From the NCBI RefSeq assembly GCF_030028105.1, contig NC_092383.1, forward strand, positions 97,983,604 to 98,047,603: DNA of 64,000 bases, written 5' to 3'. This DNA is from Mobula birostris. Its lineage: Eukaryota. The notes under the pieces were generated by a model. That model was given only the letters and a program-made list of their open reading frames with translations, was not told the DNA's origin and made no database searches. This document shows, piece by piece, positions 37,200 to 48,655 of the stretch. How positions within the stretch are numbered: position 1 is the first letter of the stretch; every line of letters starts with the position of its first letter. The translations under genes were made by a program, and so were the position numbers.

Positions 37200-38830
37200 A
37201 TCGTGGATCTCCAGTGCCGCCAGATCAGACAGTGGTGAGGTGGTGATGCCATGTGTCGCATGTGGGGCACAGTGCAGGCAAGATCACAGCCGCCTTTTCA
37301 GGACGTCTGGTCTCTCCACATCCCATCATACTCGAGAACACAGCCGGTAACCAGGGTAAGCCCCAGTAACCACATACCCCTTTCAGCGGATGGGGAGGAC
37401 CGAGATTAGTCAGTTTCATACATTAAATTTACTGCTCCCTTAGACCTTACAGTTGCAGAGATGTTTTCGGAGTTCTGTAATTCACCTGAGTTCGGATGGT
37501 GGAGACTATATGGTGTGAGCTGCAACTACCTTGCACGGGGCTTTCCAGACCGGACCGCCAGCAGACGCGTCACTACCATCATCCCCCCGAAGCATCACTG
37601 GACGGCAGCGCTTTCACGTTTTGTTTTTCGCTTTGAAACTTCAGACAATGCATTATCAATTGAACCAGAGTACTCTTTCGCTCGTTCGGTTAATGCAGAG
37701 ATTTGCTCTTCAGATTTTTCACTGTCTCTGACATGCGGGTTTTATAGTTTTACACATGTTTGGCGTACCTTTCGATAAAAAAATACTTCACTCACCTCAG
37801 TAACTTTCAATCGCCCAGTTTGTTTTATCCATTCCATTCACCCTTTCTACTAAGCTGCCGACTGAGGATGGGAGCGACAATGGAAATGTTGGTCAATCTC
37901 TGGGGCCTTACATACTTCTCCCATTACCTTCCCATAACGGGGGTACCGTTGTCGCGAGACGGTTTTCCGGATATTCCGAACCTCAGGATGATTCACTTCA
38001 ATAAACTTCTATGACTGTATCATTCTTTCGACAGGGAAATGCTTCAATCCACCATGAAAAACCACCAATTATGACCAATACGTATGTATATCCTTCACAC
38101 GAAGGTAATTCTACAGTATCCATCTGTAAATGTACGAACAATCCATCGGAGGGTGGTGTATGAGGTCCTCCCACCTTCACTAGTTTTTCTAGATTTTGTA
38201 AAACACATTTCAAACATTTGCTGCTTGTAATAAACCACGGGCATATCATGTTTGAATTATATAATCCATCAAACCCCTATTCAGTCTCAGGGAAAGATAT
38301 CCAGCCGAGTCATAGTAAGCTCTTCAGTGAAGGGAATAGTTGCGCTTACCGAACAGTGGATCTAAACAGAATCTGGATAAGTCTGCAAAGGCCTTCAAGG
38401 CACTCTCATAAAAATGTTCCAAGCTCCTTGATAAGTGGGCAGTGAAAAACTGTCACTTGTACAAAAGTGATTGAATACTACTGAAATAGTACAGTCCACA
38501 GTTTGATACACACACATTATGTCCCTCAGGAGGACAGGTAATAGCTCGCATTTTACACAATAACTATCTTCTGCATAAGATAACATCCGTTTCTGAATAG
38601 CTTTTTCCAAACCATCTCCGGGCCAGGCAGTTCTCCTACCTTGCCCCATAATTCTCTTTCCATCCAAGATCGCTATACACCCCTTGGTTCCATATCTGCT
38701 GCCTTTCTGCAGGTTTCCTTATACTCAAGGTCCACTGGCACAATATTGAACCAAACACTATCAGCAAAGCACTCTGGTACAATACAGGTTCCATTTTGTT
38801 ACAGACAATAAAATGCCATTTTCTTACCAC
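37200..38830 (-). mobile_element. Degraded retroviral-type (ERV-like) pol fragment: RNase H to integrase
   Basis: CLKCVLQN (Zn finger), HLQMDTVELP.CEGYTYVLVI..FSWWIEAFPCRKND, IIPRFGI..RDNGTP. Confidence 0.7.
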
Positions 38831-39419
38831 AGTGAAATGCTTCTAAATGTACCTCTTTTGAATTACTCTTACTACAACCTGCAGAATGTAATTTCCCTTT
38901 AACAATGTACTTTTAAATCGATTTAATGAACTATAGATTTCACAACCTTCTGAAGGACTCGGTAGACCTAACTCTCAAGCAGGCAGGTACGGCACCATTA
39001 AGTGGGTGAAGGTTAATTTCAATGGCTGGATGCTGGGCAGGTGGGTGGTACTCCAAGCCAGGCTGAAACACAAAAGAATGAGACCCCCACAAAATGCTGG
39101 AAGAACTCGGCAGGCTAGGCTGCATCTATGGAAAAGAGCACAGTCAACGTTTCAGGCTGAAACCCTTCAGCAGGATTGTGTGAAGGGTCTCAGCCCAAAA
39201 CGTCGACAACTCTTTTCCACAGATGCTGCCTGGCCTGATGAGTTCCTCCAGCATTGTGTGTGTGTGTTACTTGCATTTCTAGTATCTGCAGATTTTCTCT
39301 TCTTTGGGAATGAGATTCCCTTGACCTGGCATCTTGTTAACAAACCTCTAGTTGCTGGAGAACAAAATTGAGTAGCTGAAGGCTGTATTCTGTATTGGAG
39401 TTAAATGTGAGATTGTGGT

Positions 39420-40330
39420 GTTCTATGCTCACAACCCTAACAGGAATCATCCTCTCCACATCCACTCTATCCACACCTTTCAATATTTGATTAATTTCAA
39501 TGAGATTCCCCTGCATTCTTCTAAACTCCAGCAAGTAGACCCCCAGTCCGCTCTCCACGTCCACTCTATGCACAGCTTTCAATATTCAATATGATCCAAT
39601 GAGATCCCACCTCATTCTTCTGAACTGCAGCCAATACAAGCCCACACTCATCATATATTAACCCTTTCATTCCTCAGATCATTCTCACGAATTTCCTATG
39701 GACTGTTTCCAATGCTAGCACATTCTTTCTTAGCAGAGTGGCCCAAAACTGCTCACAGTTCTCCATGTGCCATCTGACCAATGCCTTATAAAACTTCAGC
39801 ATTACATCCTTGTTTTTGTATGCTAGTCCTGGTGAAATGAATGTTAACATCACAGTTACCTTTCCCGCCACTCATTCGACCTGCAAGTGAACCATTAGGG
39901 AATCCTAAAGGAGGACTCCCAAGAAACCTTGCACCTCTGATTTTTCAATTTTCTCCCCATTTACAAAATAGTCCACATCTTTATTCTTTCTGCCAAAATG
40001 CATGTCCATGCACCTCCCTACACTATATTCCATCTTCCACTTCTTTACCCATTCCCCAATCTGTCCAAATCCTTCTCCAAACATCCTACTTCCTCAACAC
40101 TACCTGCACATCCACCTATCTTGCAACATCTACAAACTTGACCACAAAGCCATCCATACTTCCATCCAAGTCATTTACATATAACATAAGAAAGAAATGA
40201 TCCCACACCGACCCCAGTGGTACACCACTAGACACCGACAGTCAACCAGAAAAGGCCCTATTTATTCCTGTTCATTTCTTCCTGTTAGTCAGCCAATCTT
40301 CTATCCCTCCTAGTATCTCTTCTGTAATAT
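39420..40330 (-). mobile_element. CR1 fragments
   Basis: KNKDVMLKFYKALVRWHMENCEQFW and related motifs. Confidence 0.75.
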
Positions 40331-40429
40331 CAAGTCGCTTCTCTTATTTCCTCAAAGAATTCCAGCAGATTTGTCAGACAAGTTTTCCCTTGAAGGAAGG
40401 CATGCTGACTTTGACCTATATAGTCAAAT

Positions 40430-41587
40430 GACCTGCATTTGACAAGGTTCCACACGGTAGGCTTATTCAGAAAGTTAGAAGGCATGGGATCCAGGGAAGT
40501 TTGGCCAGGTGGATTCAGAATTGGCTTGCCTGCAGAAGGCAGAGGGTGGTGCTGGAGGGAGTACATTCAGATTGGAGGATTGTGACTAGTGGTGTCCCAC
40601 AAGGATCTGTTCTGGGACCTCTACTTTTCGTGATTTTTATTAACGACCTGGATGTGGGGGTAGAAGGGTGGGTTGGCAAGTTTGCAGAAGACACAAAGAT
40701 TGGTGGTGTTGTAGATAGTGTAGAGGATTGTCAAAGATTGCAGAGAGACATTGATAGGATGCAGAAGTGGGCTGAGAAGTGGCAGTTGGAGTTCAACCCG
40801 GGAAAGTGTGAGGTGGTACACTTTGGAAGGACAAACTCCAAGGCAGAGTACAAAGTAAATGGCAGGATACTTAATAGTGTGAAGGAGCAGAGGGATCTCG
40901 GGGTACATGTCCACAGATCCCTGAAAGTTGCCTCACAGGTGGATAGGGTAGTTAAGAAAGCTTATGGGGTGTTAGTTTTCATAAGTCAAGGGATAGAGTT
41001 TAAGAGTCGCGATGTAATGATGCAGCTCTATAAAACTCTGGTTAGGCCACACTTGGAGTACTGTGTCCAGTTCTGGTCACCTCACTATAGGAAGGATGTG
41101 GAAGCATTGGAAAGGGTATAGAGGAGATTTACCAGGATGCTGCCTGGTTTAGAAGGTATGCATTATGATCAGAGATTAAGGGAGCTAGGGCTTTACTCTT
41201 TGGAGAGAAGGAGGATGAGAGGAGACACGATAGAGGTGTACAAGATAATAAGAGGAATAGATAGAGTGGATAGCCAGCGCCTCTTCCCCAGGGCACCACT
41301 GCTCAATACAAGAGGACATGGTTTTAAGGTAAGGGGTGGGAAGTTCAAGGGGGATATTAGAGGAAGGTTTTTTACTCAGAGAGTGGTTGGTGTGTGGAAT
41401 GCACTGCCTGAGTCAGTGGTGGAGGCAGATACACTAGTGAAGTTTAAGAGACTACTAGACAGGTACATGGAGGAATCTAAGCCGGGGGCTTATATAGGAG
41501 GCAGGGTTTGAGGGTCGGCACAACATTGTGGGCCGAAGGGCCTGTACTGTGCTGTACTATTCTGTGTTCTATGTTCTATGTTCTATG
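40430..41587 (+). mobile_element. Relatively intact CR1 3' segment (RT domains 3-7 to 3' end)
   Basis: ORFs 40501-41121 and 41137-41511 ([29 protein letters not shown]) with a (ttctatg)n tail. Confidence 0.92.
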
Positions 41588-41589
41588 GT

Positions 41590-42610
41590 TATATGCCTCC
41601 AAATAACCCAAAACCTCATCCTTAATAATAGATCCCAATGTCTTTCCAACCTCTGAAGTCAGGGTAACTGGCATATTATTCCATTTCTTCTGCCTCCTTC
41701 CCTTCTTAAATAGAGGAGAGACATTTACAATTTTCCAGTCCTTAAGAATCATTCCAGAATCTAGTGACTCTTTAAAGATAAATACTAATGCCTCCACAAT
41801 CTCTTCGGCAACCTCTTTCAGAACCCTGCATTGTAGTTCCGATGACCTATCTACCTTCAGACTTCTCAGCTTCCCAAACAGCTTCTCCTGAGTAATAGCA
41901 ACTACACTCACTTCCGCCCCTGACGCCCCCACCTTTCTAGCATTCACCACACTGAACACTGGCACAGAATACTTATTAAGTTCCTCCAACATTTCTTACC
42001 TATTAGTACTTCTCCAGCATCATGTTCCAGCAGTTTGATATCCTCTCTCGTCTCTCTTTTACTCCTTATATGTCTGAAAAAAGCTTTTGGTATCTTCATT
42101 TATATGATTGGTTAGTTTATCTTTGTATTTCATCTTTACTCTTTTTCGAGCTTTTTGTTCAGCTGCCTCTGTTGGTTTATAAAAGCTTCCAAATCCACTA
42201 ACTTCTCATTAATTTTTCCTCAAGTATTTGCCCTCTCTTTTGCTTTTATGCTGTCTTTGACTTATTTTGTTAACCACTGTTGCCTCATTCTCTCAGAATG
42301 ATTTCTTCACCTTTGGGATGTATCTATACTGTACAGTCAGAAACTCAAGCCATTGCTGTTCTGCTATCATCCCCGCGAGTGTCCCCTTCCAATCAACATT
42401 GGACAGCTCCTCTTTCATGTTTATAATTCCTTTTATTCCACTGTAATACTGATAAATACAATTGTAGCTTCTCCTTCTCAAACTGTAGGGTGAATTCTAT
42501 CATAGTTCCTTTTCCTCTCCTGACATTCACCCATGGAACTTCCTGCTGCAGCTTAAGGGTGACTACTTCCCTGTAGCTCCTGTCTATCACCTCCTCCTTC
42601 TCCCATATGA
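41590..42610 (-). mobile_element. CR1 ORF2/ORF1 fragments
   Basis: LKEVAEEIVEAL..DWKIVNVSPLFKKG motif. Confidence 0.8.
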
Positions 42611-42699
42611 GCTAAAGGTCATAAGGCTACAGTTCAATCTCTTTAACACAGTCTCTAAAGAACTGCAGCTCGATACACTTATACAGGAAGGAGATTGAA

Positions 42700-43250
42700 A
42701 ATCTGGATGAGTGGTGACACAAGAACCTCTCAGTCAGTGTCAGCAAGTCCCAAGATTATTGACTTCAGCCCTCCCCATCACTGGACACATCTACACAGTG
42801 TTGTTGCAATAAAGCAGCATCCATCATCAAGGACCCCCACCATCCAAGTCATGCTCTATTCTTAGTGAGGCCATCAGAAGGTGGTACAGGAACCTCAGGA
42901 CCCACACCACCAGGTTCAGAAACAGTTATTATCCCTCAACCAGAATGCTGCTGAACCAGAGGGGGGAAACTGCACTCAACTTCGTTTACCTGTCACTGAG
43001 CCATTCCGACAATCTGTGGACTCACTTTTAAGACTCTTCATCTCATGTTCTCGATATTTATTATTTATTTATTCATTTTTCATTTTATATTTGTATAATT
43101 TGATGTCCTTTGCACATTGGTATTTGACCTTCCTGTTGCGTGCAGCCTTTCATTGATTCGATCATGTTTCTTGGATTTACTGTGAGTGCCCGCAAGAAAA
43201 TGAATCTCAGGTTTGTATATGGTGACAGCTATGTACTTTGATAACAAATT
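42700..43250 (+). mobile_element. Rex/L2-like LINE 3' fragment
   Basis: Encodes a KDPHHPSHA..RRWYRNLRTHTTRFRNSYYP-like C-terminus. Confidence 0.65.
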
Positions 43251-43289
43251 TACTTTAAACTTTGGAAGAGAATCCAATGATCCAAAGGG

Positions 43290-43975
43290 AGGAGAAGATG
43301 GTGGCGTGATGCAGCTCGCAGCGGCCACTCCGGTGGTGATGTCTGTGATTTGTCAAGTAGGGTGCTGTGCATAATCCTGATTTGATGGAGACGGACTTGA
43401 GAGTATGGAGGAACATCTAGTGAAACTTCTGAAATGCCTGCTTCGCTGCTGCTGCTACTGTATGGTCCAGAATCTCCGGAGGGGAAGGACCCAAGTCCTC
43501 GGGTTTGCTTGTTGCTCGGTGGCCAGGGCGGGGTCGAAGCGTTTGGCAGAGGATGGTGCCCAGAGAGGCTGTGTTGGAGGGGCTGGTCGGAGGCTCGAAG
43601 TTTTCGGACGGACTCAGAGTCCGCTGCGGTCAGGTGCTTCCAATGGTGCAGCATTGGGAAGTTTGTGGCATTTGGAGTTTCATGGCATGGAGAATTTCTC
43701 CCTTCTGCTGCCTGCGTGAGATGATGAGGCTACAGGGACTTTGAGACCTTTTTTTTACCATGCCCATGGTCTGCTCTTTATCAAATTATGGTATTGCTTT
43801 GCACTGTTGTAACTATATGTTATAATTATGTGGTTTTATAAGTTTTAGTCTTGGTTTGTCCTGTGCTTTCTTGTGATATCATTCTGGAGGAACGTATCAT
43901 TTTTTGATGCATGCATTTCTAAATGACAATAAACGAGGACTGAGTGTCCTCATAATCTAATCTAATCTAATCTGA
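43290..43975 (+). mobile_element. Non-autonomous retroposon ending in an (AATCT)n tail
   Basis: caagatggtggcg start; aataaacgaggactgagtgtcctcataatctaatctaatct end. No coding capacity. Confidence 0.55.
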
Positions 43976-45854
43976 ATCCCTCCTCCTGCATCATCTCCTT
44001 AGCCATATGTTTCAGGACATTGTCTTCCTAGTTCTGGCCTCACAAGCACGTGGCAAGTGCCCTTTAACATAACACTTCACTCCCTGAATGCACTTTACAG
44101 GAGTTCATCACCCTTTCTGCCTCTGTGACTGGTGCTGATGTGGACCCTGACCTCTGGCTCCTCACCTTTCCCATTAAGAATGCAACGGACTCAGAGATGT
44201 CTCTGACTCCGGCACCTGGAAGGCAACGTCACATCCATTAGTCATGTTTTCATCCACAGAATCTCTTCTGTCCCCTTAACCAGTGAATCCTCTATCACTA
44301 CTGCTCACCTTTTTCCCTTCTGAGCCACAGGACCAGGCACTGCCAGACACCAGACTGCTGTGGCTTTCCTCTGCAACATCGTCTAATAGTATCCAGAACA
44401 GTACGCTTTTTATTGAAGGGAACAGGCACAACGATTATTCATACAGGAATAGAAAAGTGCAGCACAGAAACAGGCCCTTTGGCCCAAGTTGTCCATGCCA
44501 AAAACATTTATACTGCCTACTCCCATTGATCTACCCCGTGACCCAACTTAGACCCCAGTCCGAGGACTGTGTCACCTCACTACAGCAAAAATGTGGATAC
44601 TGTACAGAGAGTGCAGAGGATACTTACAAGGATGTTGACTGGATTGGAGAGTGTGCCTTATGAGGATAGGTTGAGTGAACTTGGCCTTTTCTCCTCCAAG
44701 CAACTGAGGATGAGCTCCAGTGTCCCCAGTGATTATATCTGCAAGATGTGCATTTGGGTGCAGCTTTTTACGGACTACGTTAGGGTAATGGATCATGTGG
44801 GGAGTGATTCACCTCTTCACACTCCAACACCTCTCCCCCATCCACAAGTCTGCAGTGTGATGCAACACTCCCCACTTGCCTGGGTGAAGGCAGCTCCAAC
44901 ACTTATCTGGGTTGATCATCCTCTTGATCGTTGTAACACATTCTGGCCTCTGGACCCCTCCATATCTTTGTAACCCACTCTGGCCCCTGGGCCCCTCCCT
45001 ATCTTTGTGACACTCTTCCCCTCCCACACTCTGTAACCCCTTACAGCTTCATGAACATCCAACAGCAGAATTTTTTTTAGAACGGTTCTTTAATGTTATT
45101 GTACATTTACATATTTCGAGCAGAGACTGAAAATCTGAAGCAACAGTTGGAAACGATGGAAGCCCTGGGAAGGTGAGGCAGCGTGTGTGGAGAGAGATTC
45201 AGTCGAAGGGTGTGGAACCTGAAACATTAACTCTTTGTCTCAATCCACAGTCGCTGCCTGAGACATGCGATGTGTGACACTGCACAGCTGAGTAATGTGC
45301 CTACTGCCTGAAACACCCATCAACAGGCTCTCAGACTGTGGTTTCTCTGGTGAAACCTGAACTGGTTCATTTTGGCCGAGAGAATAAAATATCATCAAAA
45401 ACCTACTTGCAATATGAGACCCTTCCTCAGCCCTGGGGTGTGGGGTGAGGGGCCCCAGGACTCTTCACCAAGTCTGAACTGCTGGGTGGGGGTCTCACTG
45501 GATTTCCCAGGGGCTCTTCGGTTGACTTCAATTTCAGGAACTTTCCTCCAGGGTGTTAACGGTTAAATGGGGCACGAGAACTGGGAGGATATCCCAGGAA
45601 AGGCTGCAGGAAGATCAGTGGAGTAACACAGTAACACAGGGCACAGCACGGGTTCAGTTATAAAGCTCAGTCTGGAAGACTGACCAGATCCAGGTCACTG
45701 CAGAACCCCCAGGTGTTTAAAGAGACTCCCCCCTCACCGGGATTGTGGAACAGGGACAGTGATTCCAGTGGGATGCTCCGACGCTCTCCATCTGTGCCGT
45801 GGGTGGGCACTGTTCCCCAGTATCTAGCACACACTGTTCCGATGGAGAGGGTGT

Positions 45855-45907
45855 CTATGAGCTGTGTTCTCCACCAGGTCGACTGTTCAAAAACATCACT
45901 GCCGGCT
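45855..45907 (-). CDS. Terminal cytoplasmic exon of gene C (EPAVMFLNSRPGGEHSS*)
   Basis: Acceptor ctctgctctctgtcccacag, paralogous to those at 8623 and 21243. Phase 1, TAG. Downstream 3' region (45050-45660) matches 10700-11260. Confidence 0.65.
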
Positions 45908-45999
45908 CTGTGGGACAGAGAGCAGAGGTGAGGAGGCCCCATCAGTGCCTTTCCTGATCAACACAAACACCCCTCTAATCCACTGCCTCAGCCCCGCCA

Positions 46000-46290
46000 C
46001 TTCTCCTCTTCCCTGCTCCCACAGACCCTCACCTCCTCCTCCCTACTCTCCCAGACCCTCCCCTCCTCCTCCCTGCTCCCTAGACCCTCCCCTCCTTCTC
46101 CCTACTGCCCAGACACTCCCCTCTTCCTCCCTACTCCCCAGACCCTCCCCTCCTCCTCCCTACTCTCCCAGACCCTCCCCTCCTCCTCCCTGCTCACCCA
46201 GACCCCCCTCCTCCTCCCTACTCCCCCAGATCCTCCCCTCCTCCTCTCTACTCTCCCAGAACCTCCCCTCCTCCTCCCTGTTCCCACTGC
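46000..46290. repeat. ~30-bp pyrimidine-rich minisatellite ccagaccctcccctcctcctccctactctc
   Basis: Read directly. Confidence 0.88.
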
Positions 46291-46522
46291 CCATCCCCAT
46301 TGCCATATGTATCCTTCTTGATGCCTTTTCCATCGGGGTGGACTTGCATGAGTGACAATGATGCCAGAGTTTACAGAGCAAAGATGACCCCAGATTATAT
46401 GCAGTACAACACACGCAATGATCAGACTGTGTATCACAATGGGAATTATACAACCAGTGTGTGACGATCTATAATCTGGCACTGGTGGGGGTGGTGGTGG
46501 GGGGGGGGGGGGAGACACCTAC

Positions 46523-46675
46523 CGTCAGATGTACCGGATTTCTTTCCCATACGTTTGTCCCAGTGTGAGTGAAGATACTCCCTCTTTCTATATATACAGC
46601 AACACACAAGGAGCAGAATGAGTATCACAAGGACAAGAATTATCAAAGCAGAGAGTGACAATTTGTCAGCAGGAT
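46523..46675 (-). CDS. Transmembrane exon of gene C (DPADKLSLSALIILVLVILILLLVCCCIYRKREYLHSHWDKRMGKKSGTSD)
   Basis: Acceptor tcttttctcctccccag, donor G|gtaggt. 153 nt, phase 1-1, open. Confidence 0.8.
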
Positions 46676-47757
46676 CTGGGGAGGAGAAAAGATTCTGTAA
46701 TTAATCCCATCCTCATACTCCCAGTGACAAGGAATCGATGGATCCACTCCCTCTCACCACAGGCCAGATAAAACTCCCCATCATGAAGGGGGAGGGGGAT
46801 GGAGAGAAAGGATTACAGAATTAATCCCATTCCCACACTTGCAGTTCCAATCATCCTCACATCACTCCCCTTAAATCACAGCCAACAATGTCACCAGCTG
46901 TATCTCCACTGATGTTAAACAAGTTCCTTCACACTGTCACTTGGTAACCACACTCCCACAGTGCCCTGTATCGCTGACTGTATCTCAATTGATGTTAATC
47001 CAACTCCCTCACACCTTCCGACAGAAACCCCTCTCCCCATCACCCTGTATCCCTGACTCTATCCCCAATTAAAGTTCAAAGTACAAAGTACAGTTTATCA
47101 AAATGTGCATACATTATAGAACCTCCAGATTCATCTCCTGACAGGCAGCCACGAGACAAAGAAACACAAAAACAAACACACAGATATGAAAAAAGACCGT
47201 TGAATACTCAATGTGCAATAGAAACAATCCATCATGTAAACAGTAACTGCAAGCCAGTCGTGTTTTTGAACTGAGGTCTGCAAGAGAGTCCCATACTTTA
47301 GTGTAGAGCCATGTAAACATTGTGGAGCAGCGATCTTAATCAGCCCGAACCTCACCTCGGTCCCCGTCACCCAGACCTTTCTGACACCCTGACGTTTCCA
47401 ATCTGGGTCAGTGCGTAACTCTCCATCCCAACATCGGGTTCTGCCGCTTTGAGCAGCGATCTGAGGCAGCCCAAGCCTTGCCTCGGGCCTCAACAACCTG
47501 ACCTTTTCTATCTGGCCCTGTGGTTAAATCTCCATCCGAACAACAGGCTCGTCTCTTGGATACGCTGGACTTCACCACTTCAATTCTCTATCCAAAGATC
47601 ATGCTTAGTTGTGTCTGGTGCCTGACCCCACGGCATTGATTCAGTCTGTAAATCTCCGTCCGCAGATCGTGCTCGGTCACGTCTGGTGCTTGGACCACGC
47701 AGTTTCGATTCCGCCTGTGCCTGATCTTTCTTGATTTCCCACGCTCTCGGCAACGGG

Positions 47758-47838
47758 TCTGCCGCCTCGCCTTGCCTCGGTTCCGCCGCCTCGCCTTGCC
47801 TCGGTTCCGCCGCCTCGCCTTGCCTCGGTTCCGCCACA
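47758..47838. repeat. 27-bp tandem repeat, about 3 copies (gccgcctcgccttgcctcggttccgcc)
   Basis: Read directly. Confidence 0.85.
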
Positions 47839-48195
47839 TCGAAATGCCTCCAATCCCAAAGGGAAGTTACAGACTACTGCGATGATCGTTTGCTAAAAGT
47901 GTGGTTAACAAAGTATTTAGTCGCTGTCATTGTTTCGTTAGCTGCCAACCAGAGATCGCAGAGGTTCACCAGCACCATCTTAACCTGAAGAAGTTACAAG
48001 TAAAACACAGATCCTTGTTCATTCTGCACTGTCCCACACACTCCTGAGATCGGACACAGAGAGGAGCTGTCTTGTTGAGCTGGGATTATGGGAGGAGAAA
48101 TCGAAAAGAACAGCTGAAGGCAACACTGGAAAATGGGGGAGAGTTTGGATTTCAGTGGACTGTAGTGATTTTCTTTGTGAAAGGATTATGATATG

Positions 48196-48655
48196 GATAG
48201 ATGGATAGATAGATAGATAGATAGATAGATAGACAGACATACTTTATTGATCCCGAGGGAAATTGGGTTTCGTTACAGTTGCACCAACCAAGAATAGAGT
48301 ATAAATATAGCAATATAAAACCATAAATAATTAAATAATAATATGTAAATTATGCCAGATGGAAATAAGTCCAGGACCAGCCTATTGGCTCAAGGTGTCT
48401 GACCTTACAAGGGAGGAGTTGTAAAGTTTGATGGCCACAGGCAGGAATGACCTCCTATGACGCTCTGTGTTGCATCTCGGTGGAATGAGTCTCTGGCTGA
48501 ATGTACTCCTGTGCCCAACCAGTACATTATGTAGTGGATGGGAGACATTGTCCAAGATGGCATGCAACTTGGACAGCATCCTCTCTGCAGGCACCACCGT
48601 CAGAGAGTCCAGTTCCTGGACAAGCTTTGCAGTGTGGTTCAAATCCCAGAAGGGT
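48196..48655 (-). mobile_element. Rex-Babar-like LINE 3' end with (TAGA)n tail (48196-48236)
   Basis: ERMLSKLHAILDNVSHPLH..SQRLIPPRCNTERHRRSFLPVAIKLYN. Confidence 0.82.

Noticed and set aside
40501-41511. Active or domesticated reverse transcriptase gene
   Set aside because: It is a 5'-truncated CR1 split by a stop, with FADD changed to FAED.
47480-48000. gag-like ORF (MAEPRQGEA repeats) with a PBS-like TGGTGCTGG
   Set aside because: The ORF is driven by a 27-bp repeat, and I found no recognisable LTR end or gag motif.
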